From: an uncultured Dehalococcoidia bacterium
GTDB taxonomy: Bacteria; Chloroflexota; Dehalococcoidia; Lucifugimonadales; Australimonadaceae
NCBI GenBank assembly: GCA_937901475.1
Contig: CALGTL010000162.1
Location: 441 to 64,440 of the forward strand
Direction of reading: 5' to 3'
DNA length: 64,000 bases
The notes under the pieces are model-generated. The model was not told the DNA's origin and ran no database searches. It was given only the letters and a program-made list of their open reading frames with translations. A program made the translations under genes and the position numbers. Positions within the stretch are counted from its first letter, which is position 1. Every line of letters starts with the position of its first letter. Positions 20,390 through 28,777 of this stretch are shown piece by piece.

Positions 20390-20418
20390 AATTTACCACC
20401 GGCTCCAGCAAGAGTCAA
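20390..20418 (-). promoter_or_regulatory. Candidate sigma70-type promoter for the 5S rRNA gene
   Basis: On the minus strand, TTGACT (20418-20413), a 17-nt spacer, then TAAATT (20395-20390). The predicted transcription start is only a few nt upstream of the mature 5S 5' end. Confidence 0.45.
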
Positions 20419-20850
20419 ATGCCATTTCCTCCCGCAGGCAGGCCATTACCTAGTAGAAGGCTATTTAGAAACCTGGCTCCGTTTGATTTCTACGACTGAA
20501 ACGTCTCGCAACCAAGCGTAGCCTCTTCCTCGCTCAGGCATTCCTGTAGAAATCCGGATCCTATTCCACGAGGTGATCAATTCCGTTTATTGAAACAAGC
20601 TTCACTGAGTACTTAAATATAACCGACGGCGGAGTTGAATTTGCATGTCGGCGTGCCGTATACCTAGTTCTTAATTTTATTAACTAATATGACACGTCGC
20701 TCACTAACCCTACGAAGCCAGCTACTACCCCTAGGCTTATATCCAGTGGCAAGATTGAACCGCGCAAAAATTCTTGGAAACAATCGGTGCAATCAATCAA
20801 TTGAGGTTAACTGCTTACCCACGCCTGATAGCACCCCTTAGTCGCTGACG

Positions 20851-20880
20851 TTGTCGGGGCGGCCTTATTCCGTCTATAAT
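20851..20880 (+). promoter_or_regulatory. Candidate promoter for rplS
   Basis: TTGTCG (20851-20856), an 18-nt spacer, then TATAAT (20875-20880). It lies 34 nt upstream of the rplS ATG, which has a GAGGA Shine-Dalgarno sequence. Confidence 0.4.
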
Positions 20881-20913
20881 CCTGAGGTTGCGACCCAAAT
20901 GAGGATGTGAGTT

Positions 20914-21267
20914 ATGGAAGCCCGCGAAGTATCTACACTGGTTTCGAACGAAAAGATCGCTGAGTTCCAGCCTGGCGACACAATTAAAGTTAATGTGTGG
21001 ATTCGTGAAGGTGCACGCAGGCGTCAGCAGAGTTTCCAGGGTGTCGTTCTCCGGAAGCGCCGTGGGGGGCCATCCAGTTCATTCACGGTTCGCCGTGTCG
21101 CAGCAGGCATAGGCGTAGAGAGAAGCTTCTTTTTCCACTCCCCAAACGTTGAGAGCGTCGAGCTTATTCGTCGGGGTATCGTCCGCCGAGCCAAGCTCTA
21201 TTATCTGCGAGGACTTTCCGGGAAGGCAGCTCGCATCAAAGAGCGCACTCAATCCGGGAAACGGTAA
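20914..21267 (+). CDS. rplS: 50S ribosomal protein L19
   Basis: 117 aa, with [26 protein letters not shown] and RRAKLYYLR typical of L19. Confidence 0.93.
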   Translation: MEAREVSTLVSNEKIAEFQPGDTIKVNVWIREGARRRQQSFQGVVLRKRRGGPSSSFTVRRVAAGIGVERSFFFHSPNVESVELIRRGIVRRAKLYYLRGLSGKAARIKERTQSGKR

Positions 21268-21292
21268 GCGGTTGACCTAACAATGATTCCTC

Positions 21293-21324
21293 AAAGGACC
21301 GACCAATTGGTCGGTCCTTTTTTT
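21293..21324 (+). terminator. Rho-independent terminator downstream of rplS
   Basis: AGGACCGACC-aatt-GGTCGGTCCT (10-bp stem) followed by TTTTTTT. Confidence 0.8.
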
Positions 21325-21407
21325 GCCCTTTTTACTCTTCATTTGACATAAAGTACGCCGCCCGCCGCTAACCTCGGGCCCTATACTCGGGGCGGAGGAG
21401 AAGCTTC

Positions 21408-23879
21408 TTGGTTACGCCGAACGCAAATGCGCTTTACGTAGAAGTCGTCGTCGATGCTAGGACCAATATCAGTGGCGACCGCTTCACGTATGAATGCCCT
21501 ACCAATTTGATTCTTGAGATAGGCCATCTCGTGCGCGTTCCGTTTGGGCAGCGCACACTCCACGGTGTTGTTGTTGCGCAGGCGCAGGAGTTGAATCTCT
21601 CTTATGTCAAGCCAGTGCTTGGCCTCATCCATCCAGAACCGGTCATCGACGCTGCTCACCTAAAGCTTGCCGAGTGGATCGCTCGCTACTACCGCGCGTC
21701 GCTGTTCGACGCGATTGCCCCTATGTTACCCCCAGGGATGCGCGGCCGAGCGCGAACCACCGTTCAGTTGACAGTAGACGCCGTGGAAGCTGAAAGCTTA
21801 CCTAGAGGAGCCAATCGGCTGCTCTCCTACCTGCGCTCCAACCCACGACCGCACCAGGTCGCGATGCTCACACGCAACCTCGGGCCATGGGTTCCCAACG
21901 CAGCGCGTGCACTGATTCACGCAGGGTTGCTGGAGGAGCGTATACCGGAGCCGGTGATTCGCGCTCTCCAGCGCAAAGCGGAAGTCGTTCGCCTTGCAAT
22001 CCCCGTTGCCAATATCGCTGCGCGCATCGAAACGATGGCGCGAGCACCACGGCAATCCTTATTGCTCAAGCACATTGCCTCTCACCCCACGGCAACTCAC
22101 TTTGCACCTGCCTTACGCAGAGAGTTCGGCTCCACAGCGCTCGTGGGCATCATCGAGAAAGGGCTTGTGTCTCTCTCAAAAGAACATCTTGCAATTCTCC
22201 CTCCTGGCAACCGTATAAGCGAGAATCCCCTACTGCCCACTGGTCCGCAGTCCGAAGCCCTCGCCTCTATAAACGCAGCCCAAGACGACCTTTCATCCAC
22301 TCCGAGGGCATTCCTTCTTGAAGGGGTTACTGGTTCAGGAAAAACTGAGGTTTACCTTCAATCTATCGCGCACTGCATGGCCGCAGGAAAGCGCGCCATA
22401 GTCCTGGTTCCTGAACTTTCGCTGACCCCTCAGACCGTGTCTCGCTTCGAGGCACGGTTCCCTGGGCAGGTCGCGCTGATTCACAGTGGACTTAGTCCAG
22501 CAATCCATTGGGAGGAGTGGTGGGCGGTCTATCGCGGTGAGCGCGGGATAGTAGTTGGGCCACGATCTGCCCTATTCGCCCCCGTGCGCGACCTTGGCCT
22601 AATAATCCTCGACGAAGAGCACGAGTGGACATACAAACAGGTAGATGCCTCACCCCGCTACCACGCACGCGATGTCGCCAATCAACTGGCGCGAATTACC
22701 GGTGCAACTGTAGTTTTAGGCAGTGCGACCCCTGACCTTGGCACGGCATATGCGGCCGAACGCGGAGCCATCGGCCGCTTAATTTTACCTTCGCGTATCG
22801 AACGGTCAGGTGCCGCCACTAATTTACCTGACGTCCGGATCATCGATATGCGTGATGAACTTCGACAGGGCAACAGCAGTGTATTTAGTAAGCATATGCA
22901 AGAGCGGCTTCATCACACTCTAGAAGCTGGCAAGCAATCCATTTTGTTCCTTAACCGCCGAGGCAGCGCAGGCATCGTGGAGTGCCGCAACTGCGGTCAC
23001 GTCGTCAAATGCGCACGGTGCGACACTCCACTCGCATTACACGGTGGCACCATCCATAGCAGTCCAACTCATAGGCAAGGGGGAACACTCGTATGTCACC
23101 ATTGCAACAAACGTCGGCAAGTACCATTAGCCTGCCCTAAATGCGGCAGCCTTCGTATTCGATCCCTCGGTGCCGGTACCCAGAAAATCGTTGAGGAGGT
23201 CTCCGCTCTTCTCCCCAGCGCGCGGGTGCTCAGGTGGGACAGCGATACCGCTTCAAATGCTGCAAGTCACGCCGGTCTGCTGGATGCTTTCGAATCAGGC
23301 GAAGCTGACATCATGGTTGGCACGCAGATGATCGCTAAAGGCCTGGACTTACCCTCGGTCACGCTCGTTGGCGTGATTCTCGCCGACCTAGGACTGAACC
23401 TACCTGACTTTAGGGCACCCGAACGTACCTTCCAATTGCTCACCCAGGTAGCTGGGCGCACGGGCCGCGGAGGAACCCGCGGCGAAGTTCTTATCCAGAC
23501 CTACCAACCTGATCACTACTCCATCCGAGCCGCAGCGCTCCAAGACTACCCTGCCTTCTACCGGGAAGAGATGGAGTACAGGCGCGAGCGCGGCAACCCT
23601 CCCCTGACTCGCCTAGTTCGGTTGCTGTTTGGTCATACCGAAGTCGCCTCTGCCCGCAACGAGGCACAACGGATGGCCAACAATTTACGTAAAATCGCCC
23701 GGGAGTGGGACATGCAGGACGTAGACGTCGTCGGGCCTGCACCGGGCTATCCTCCTCGTTTACGAGGAGCATGGCGCTGGCATGTATTCATCCGCGCCAT
23801 CAACCCTCAAGTCCTTCTGGATAAAGTTGAAATACCCCCCATGTGGATAGTCGATGTCGACCCCGTCAACGTCATCTAG
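21408..23879 (+). CDS. priA: Primosomal protein N' (replication restart helicase PriA)
   Basis: 823 aa. Walker A GVTGSGKTEVY, DEEH box (ILDEEHE), and a Cys-rich zinc insert CRNCGH..CARCD...CHHCN...CPKCGS. TTG start preceded by GGAGGAG. Confidence 0.9.
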   Translation: MVTPNANALYVEVVVDARTNISGDRFTYECPTNLILEIGHLVRVPFGQRTLHGVVVAQAQELNLSYVKPVLGLIHPEPVIDAAHLKLAEWIARYYRASLFDAIAPMLPPGMRGRARTTVQLTVDAVEAESLPRGANRLLSYLRSNPRPHQVAMLTRNLGPWVPNAARALIHAGLLEERIPEPVIRALQRKAEVVRLAIPVANIAARIETMARAPRQSLLLKHIASHPTATHFAPALRREFGSTALVGIIEKGLVSLSKEHLAILPPGNRISENPLLPTGPQSEALASINAAQDDLSSTPRAFLLEGVTGSGKTEVYLQSIAHCMAAGKRAIVLVPELSLTPQTVSRFEARFPGQVALIHSGLSPAIHWEEWWAVYRGERGIVVGPRSALFAPVRDLGLIILDEEHEWTYKQVDASPRYHARDVANQLARITGATVVLGSATPDLGTAYAAERGAIGRLILPSRIERSGAATNLPDVRIIDMRDELRQGNSSVFSKHMQERLHHTLEAGKQSILFLNRRGSAGIVECRNCGHVVKCARCDTPLALHGGTIHSSPTHRQGGTLVCHHCNKRRQVPLACPKCGSLRIRSLGAGTQKIVEEVSALLPSARVLRWDSDTASNAASHAGLLDAFESGEADIMVGTQMIAKGLDLPSVTLVGVILADLGLNLPDFRAPERTFQLLTQVAGRTGRGGTRGEVLIQTYQPDHYSIRAAALQDYPAFYREEMEYRRERGNPPLTRLVRLLFGHTEVASARNEAQRMANNLRKIAREWDMQDVDVVGPAPGYPPRLRGAWRWHVFIRAINPQVLLDKVEIPPMWIVDVDPVNVI

Positions 23880-23930
23880 CTCAGCCGGATCACCGCCGCA
23901 CGGGCGCCAACCCGCTATACTTTCTTCACC

Positions 23931-24473
23931 ATGACGGTTCTTACGATGCATTACCTAGGCAAAGATCCAATCCTCCGAGAAAAGGCCCGTAAGGTTCGTG
24001 ATTTTGACGATCCTAAGCTGCACGCTCTCGCGAGTGACATGATTGACTCCATGTACCACTACTATGGAGTTGGTCTCGCGGCCAACCAAGTGGGGTCGCT
24101 CAAGCGGATTTGCGTTATTCAGCTTCCGGAGGACGAAGAGCCCACGGTGCTCATCAATCTAGAGATCACCCGCAAGGAGGGCGAGCGTGAGGTGAGCGAA
24201 GGCTGCCTTAGCCTCCCCGGTTGGCAGGCTTACATCCTCCGCGCCGAAAAGGTTTGGGCCCACGCAGTCGGTCTTGACGGCAAGCCCATCAGGTACAAAG
24301 GCGTCGAGGATCTATTAGCACAGGCCCTTGAACACGAAGCCGACCATCTCGACGGTAAGCTCTTCGTCGACTACCTCCGAAACAAAGAAGACCTGTTTGA
24401 GGTGAACCACGGAGAAGAGGAGCAGGGTGAAGGTGCCGCTCGACCAACACCAGGTATAACGGGAGGGGAGTAG
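23931..24473 (+). CDS. def: Peptide deformylase
   Basis: The three def motifs are present: GVGLAANQVG, EGCLSLPG and HEADHLDG. Confidence 0.92.
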   Translation: MTVLTMHYLGKDPILREKARKVRDFDDPKLHALASDMIDSMYHYYGVGLAANQVGSLKRICVIQLPEDEEPTVLINLEITRKEGEREVSEGCLSLPGWQAYILRAEKVWAHAVGLDGKPIRYKGVEDLLAQALEHEADHLDGKLFVDYLRNKEDLFEVNHGEEEQGEGAARPTPGITGGE

Positions 24474-24475
24474 CC

Positions 24476-24643
24476 ATGCCAGGCACGCAGCAAGAAGAAA
24501 CGGGCCTTGGCTACGAATGTCACGACTGCGGTGAGGTCTACACACCCGGGGAAAATTTCGCAGCCTGCACTAACGATGGGCATTATGTAGGCCCGATTCA
24601 AGCGTGTGTGCTGCCATTCATGACGCCTACAACCAAAGACTAG
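24476..24643 (+). CDS. Hypothetical small Cys-containing protein (55 aa, possible zinc-ribbon-like)
   Basis: Below the ORF-track size cutoff. My translation from ATG 24476 gives MPGTQQEETGLGYECHDCGEVYTPGENFAACTNDGHYVGPIQACVLPFMTPTTKD, ending at a stop at 24641-24643. A GGAGGGGAG Shine-Dalgarno-like tract lies directly upstream, and the ORF starts 2 nt after the def stop. Confidence 0.35.
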   Translation: MPGTQQEETGLGYECHDCGEVYTPGENFAACTNDGHYVGPIQACVLPFMTPTTKD

Positions 24644-24846
24644 AGAGTGTGGAGCTGCAGCGGCTTCCGGCCAAGTGCATTCGCGTGATAGAATCCGCTC
24701 TTGGTGCGCACTACGGTCAGAACAGTATGGATAGTCAGCGCGCCATGCCCTTGATTCAACATGCAGGCGTAGCTTGGGCTCGACCCATAAACGTCGCTGC
24801 CAGGCTTACCGAAAGGCACGGTGGCTCTCGCCACCTTTATTAGAAC

Positions 24847-26253
24847 GTGTTCCAAAGAATCCTCAGTGGCATCGCTACCGTCTTATTCGCATGGCCTTAT
24901 CGCGTTCGATGGCCTTTAACCATGATTATTCTGGTTGGCGGCGCATTCGCAACCCTGGCGGTTAACAAAATCGACCTCGGCGACTTTCACCGTGGTTCTA
25001 GCGAGCCTCTCGGGCTCAGTCTAGGTCTTGATCTCGTCGGCGGCATCCATCTTGTATACCAGGCTGGCGAAGAAGGCTTTGAGCCCACTCCAGACCAGAT
25101 GTCAGGACTGATAGAGAACATCACTCGCAGGGTGAATAAGCTTGGCCTCGCAGAACCAAGCATCCAGCAACTCGGCTCTGATCGTCTTGTGATTCAACTA
25201 CCCGGCCTTGAAGACGAAGAGCAAGCGAAGTCTCTCATAGGCAAGACAGCGCTTCTAGAAATCCTCAAGCGCGTCTGTACGGCGAACCCGTGTGACGACA
25301 CAGCCCCTCAAAACTTTTCAGATCAACTCACCGGGCTCACTGGTGCGGACATGTCCACCGCATTCGCGGGCACGAGCACGACTACCAACCAGCCAATCCT
25401 CCTATTCGAGCTCAACCGGGGAGCAGCCGCGCAGTTCAGCGTCCTGACCACCGAGTTATTCAACACCAACGTTGTTGGTGGTACACCAGACCAGCTGGCG
25501 TTCTCCATGGATGGTGAAGTTCTCGTATCAGCAGTGGTATCCAGTCCCATAACGGCAGGGAGCGGTCAGATCAACGGGAGCTTCAGCGCCGAGGAAGTCC
25601 GCCAACTGGCCATTCAAATTGAATCCGGTCGCCTGCCCATCGAAATCACTGAGCTCTCATCGGACTTCGTCGCAGCATCTCTCGGTGCCAATTCACTTGA
25701 CCAGGCAATAGAAGCGGGCGTGATAGGTCTAGCCCTCGTATTGTTCTTCATGATTGCCTACTACCGAGTTTCTGGGCTCGTCGCGGCGATGACGCTGGTG
25801 TTCTACACGGCAATGGTCCTCGCTGTCTTCAAGCTCCTTCCTGTGACCCTCACCCTGGCGGGACTTGCGGGTTTCATCATTACCCTTGGTATGGCCGTGG
25901 ACGCAAACATCCTAATCTTCGAGCGTATGAAGGAGGAGATCCGCATCGGCCGGTCTCTCCCATTCGCAGTGCAGATTGGGTTCAACCGCGCATGGACTTC
26001 CATTCGCGACGGTAACGTCTCCACGCTCATCATCGCTGCCATCTTGTTCTTCTTCGGCAGTAGCGGTGCCAATTCCTCCGTTACAGGGTTCGCTGTGGCC
26101 TTGACCATCGGCGTACTTGTTAGCATGTTTACGGCCTTAGTCATCAGCAAAAAGATGTTGGCGTTAGTGGTAGGCACTTCGTTAGGGAAATGGCCTAGAG
26201 CGTTCAGCCCCGAGGGACACAAAGGCGAATCAGCCGCCGAGCGGGGTGCATAG
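24847..26253 (+). CDS. secD: Protein translocase subunit SecD
   Basis: 468 aa. N-terminal TM segment, large periplasmic domain (LGLDLVGGIHLVYQ), and a C-terminal 5-TM block with LTLAGLAGFIITLGMAVDANILIFER. GTG start. Confidence 0.9.
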   Translation: MFQRILSGIATVLFAWPYRVRWPLTMIILVGGAFATLAVNKIDLGDFHRGSSEPLGLSLGLDLVGGIHLVYQAGEEGFEPTPDQMSGLIENITRRVNKLGLAEPSIQQLGSDRLVIQLPGLEDEEQAKSLIGKTALLEILKRVCTANPCDDTAPQNFSDQLTGLTGADMSTAFAGTSTTTNQPILLFELNRGAAAQFSVLTTELFNTNVVGGTPDQLAFSMDGEVLVSAVVSSPITAGSGQINGSFSAEEVRQLAIQIESGRLPIEITELSSDFVAASLGANSLDQAIEAGVIGLALVLFFMIAYYRVSGLVAAMTLVFYTAMVLAVFKLLPVTLTLAGLAGFIITLGMAVDANILIFERMKEEIRIGRSLPFAVQIGFNRAWTSIRDGNVSTLIIAAILFFFGSSGANSSVTGFAVALTIGVLVSMFTALVISKKMLALVVGTSLGKWPRAFSPEGHKGESAAERGA

Positions 26254-27228
26254 ATGAACGTTGTAAGCATTCGCAAATGGACGTTTGGCGTCTCCGCATT
26301 GTTCTTCATCGCAGCCATCACCACCCTAGCCATCCCTCCTGCCCTCACCCCAGGTATCGATTTCAGCGGTGGCTCCGCCTTCACGGTAACCTTCGCAGAT
26401 GTTCTTGATCCGACACTTGTCGAGAAGAAACTTACCGGCATCGGCCACCCGGAAGCCATCATTCAGCCCTCGGTCGAGGCCGACGGTAGCTACGGCAAGG
26501 GCTATTTCATCCGTGTTGGTGATCTTGAGCCCACTCTCCGAGGTGTTGATGGCAACATAGAAACCCCTGGTGGCCGCGAGAAAATCGAGGCTGCGCTCAA
26601 CTCCCTCAGTACTCTAACCGTCACTGGCTTCGACTCTGTCTCCGGCACCATTGCTGCTGAGAATGTCCGCAACGCAGCAATCGCAGTAATAGTTTCAGCC
26701 TTCGCCATTCTTCTCTACGTAACGTGGGCGTTCAGGCGCGTGCCTTCTCCGTTTAGGTATGGCACAGCCGCGATCATCGCTCTTATCCATGACACGGTCA
26801 TCGTTCTTGGGCTTTTCTCTATTCTTGGGAAGCTCTTCCATTTCGAAGTGAACGCCATGTTCATAACTGGCATCTTGACCATCATCGGATACAGCGTTAA
26901 TGACACTATCGTTGTATTCGACCGCGTACGGGAAAACATCGTTCGCTTCCCCACACTCAGCATCGGAGAGGTGGTGAATCTCAGTGTCCGAGAAACCGTT
27001 GCACGCTCGCTCAATACGTCTATCACGCTGCTAATTGTAGTGGCCGCATTAGTGCTGTTCGCCGCTACTTCGATTCAGCCTCTTCTCTACGTACTCGCAG
27101 CCGGCGTCATCGTCGGGACGTACAGCTCGATTTTCATAGCCACCTTGATGCTCGTCGTCTGGGAAAACGGTGAAATTCGCAAGGTCGCTTCCAAGATTCC
27201 GATTTTCGGCCCCAAGCCCGCTGCATAA
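26254..27228 (+). CDS. secF: Protein translocase subunit SecF
   Basis: 324 aa, with GIDFSGGS... and ...GYSVNDTIVVFDRVREN. It starts directly after the secD stop. Confidence 0.9.
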   Translation: MNVVSIRKWTFGVSALFFIAAITTLAIPPALTPGIDFSGGSAFTVTFADVLDPTLVEKKLTGIGHPEAIIQPSVEADGSYGKGYFIRVGDLEPTLRGVDGNIETPGGREKIEAALNSLSTLTVTGFDSVSGTIAAENVRNAAIAVIVSAFAILLYVTWAFRRVPSPFRYGTAAIIALIHDTVIVLGLFSILGKLFHFEVNAMFITGILTIIGYSVNDTIVVFDRVRENIVRFPTLSIGEVVNLSVRETVARSLNTSITLLIVVAALVLFAATSIQPLLYVLAAGVIVGTYSSIFIATLMLVVWENGEIRKVASKIPIFGPKPAA

Positions 27229-27522
27229 GGCCGAGCTCTTTAATCTCGCTGATTCCGCCCCTGTTTCGGACAGTGTCTCTTGATAATCTAAAGTACTGTT
27301 CGATTGTTAGGGCAGGTAATTAGCATTTGAGTCGTTCGCAAGCAGGTCTAACGCCTGTTTAAACATGCTGAAAATCGACCCCTTTGTCTATTCGGAAGCA
27401 CCTCTCTAAAAGCAGTATTAGCGTGGATTTGAGCCAAGACATACTCATCGCCATTGTTAGGTCTACACCTTCTCTGATCGTCAACAACATAGTAGCCCGC
27501 ATCCCATGTCCAAAAAATGACA

Positions 27523-27562
27523 AGCAGCAAGTGCGGGCCAGTTTTGACCCGCACTTGCTGCT
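27523..27562. terminator. Strong hairpin, possibly a bidirectional terminator
   Basis: Perfect 15-bp stem AGCAGCAAGTGCGGG / CCCGCACTTGCTGCT with a 10-nt loop. It is flanked by an A-rich tract on the left (CAAAAAATGACA, T-rich on the minus strand) and by CTCTTATT on the right. Confidence 0.55.
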
Positions 27563-27774
27563 CTCTTATTGGTGGTCATATTATGTAGCGGGTTGCGCGA
27601 GATTCGCCTCTTGGAGCACCTTCACCCGGTCTACTTCGTTACTCTCGGCTCCCCAATCGCTCATACCACCAAATCTTGCTGGAACCCAGCAAGAATCACT
27701 CACCCAAGCTCTACCAGGCCAACGATTCCCCCTACCCTATCCCGCCTGCTGCATCAGTCGGCGAATTGGGCCAG

Positions 27775-28398
27775 CTATTGAGAGGGAGTACGGCCTGAAC
27801 CCTCTATCCCTCGATTGCGACCACCACTGCTTCGCTGAGGGAATTCATGCCCCTGTTCTGCTCGGTGAGTCTGTCCGATTTTGCGTTCACTACGGCTTCC
27901 AAATTGCTCCAGCATCACAGCCGCCTTTTGCTCCGTAATATGGCCCTTCGCTACTGCGATATCCAACCGCTCAGAGCGTCCCACTACCACCGCTTCACGC
28001 CGAGCGTCACCAACGGCTCCCCTAAACGTCTCTCCATTCACTCCCAAAAGCTCTGCTACCTTTTCAAGGTCGATTTTCAAGCGTCCCGGTATTACGTTAA
28101 ATGCTGCTAGTGGTGCAGAGTCGTACCACGTCTGAGTCTCGTCTGCCTGGTCCTGCGTCACAGTCCCAGCCTCAACTAACTTCGCGAGCCTTTCGGCTAC
28201 CGCTGCATTACGAGCTCGTTCACGAACTGTGGCGAAGGCGTCAGTCACGACCTGATGATCCTCGCCTAGATTCTGAGCAATTTTCTCATGGATCACCTCG
28301 CTATTCGCGGGATCCCAGTGAGCGAGTGCCGTACCGCCGAGTACACTCAAAGCCAGTAACCCTGTCGACATCATCACAACGATTCTTGCCTTGTTCAT
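27775..28398 (-). CDS. Hypothetical secreted protein with an internal helical repeat
   Basis: 207 aa. Signal-peptide-like N-terminus MNKARIVVMMSTGLLALSVLGGTALA. Two related segments (ERLAKLVEAGTVTQDQADETQTW and ERLDIAVAKGHITEQKAAVMLEQF). Gly/Arg/Ser-rich C-terminal tail. I recognise no catalytic motif. Confidence 0.6.
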   Translation of the reverse strand: MNKARIVVMMSTGLLALSVLGGTALAHWDPANSEVIHEKIAQNLGEDHQVVTDAFATVRERARNAAVAERLAKLVEAGTVTQDQADETQTWYDSAPLAAFNVIPGRLKIDLEKVAELLGVNGETFRGAVGDARREAVVVGRSERLDIAVAKGHITEQKAAVMLEQFGSRSERKIGQTHRAEQGHEFPQRSSGGRNRGIEGSGRTPSQ

Positions 28399-28777
28399 TT
28401 CAAAACCTCCATCACCATATATATTTGATCAAAGCGATTGGTAGAGTTCGCTTGAAGGTTTCTAAAATACATAGCATGTATCAAGAAAATTTCAGGAAAC
28501 TGTGGAGGTAGCTTCACAGTTTATGCCCACCAGAGGTCACAGTTAAAGTAATTCTTAGAGTTGAGTCGGGTGGGCGACGCGCGCAGCCGGAGTCGTTGAA
28601 GGCGCGATTAACGTTCATGGATCGAGAAGGTCATCGCATCCACTGCCGTACCTATAGTAGTGACGGGTATGCGTAACTCGTTGTTGGTACTCGCGAGAAT
28701 CGCAAGCAACTTTATAATGATTCTGCCAGGCGCAAGAAGTTGTTAGGTCGCGGCGCCAAGCCAAAGGAGCAACGCAT

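Noticed and set aside
20380-20913. A search for a 23S rRNA 3' end or tRNA genes next to the 5S gene.
   Set aside because: I found no conserved 23S 3'-domain sequence and no cloverleaf-compatible segment with a T-loop (GTTCGAATC-like) in this AT-rich stretch on either strand.
25803-26462. A 219-aa minus-strand ORF antisense to the secD/secF junction. Similar long antisense or out-of-frame ORFs are at 3701-4267, 29174-29725, 30384-30962, 45003-45581, 54586-55161 and 55177-55704.
   Set aside because: All of them overlap strongly recognisable genes on the other strand or in another frame. They have Arg/Ser/Pro/Ala-biased, motif-free translations typical of shadow ORFs in GC-rich DNA.
27348-27554. 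A 68-aa minus-strand ORF in the secF-downstream gap.
   Set aside because: Its start codon lies inside the loop of the 15-bp hairpin, there is no SD, and I recognise no motif. It is more likely non-coding. It is kept only as part of the finding about the gap.
27384-27938. A 184-aa plus-strand ORF spanning the gap and the 3' end of the secreted-protein gene.
   Set aside because: It runs straight through both hairpins and is antisense to a gene that has a clear signal peptide. Its translation is low-complexity.
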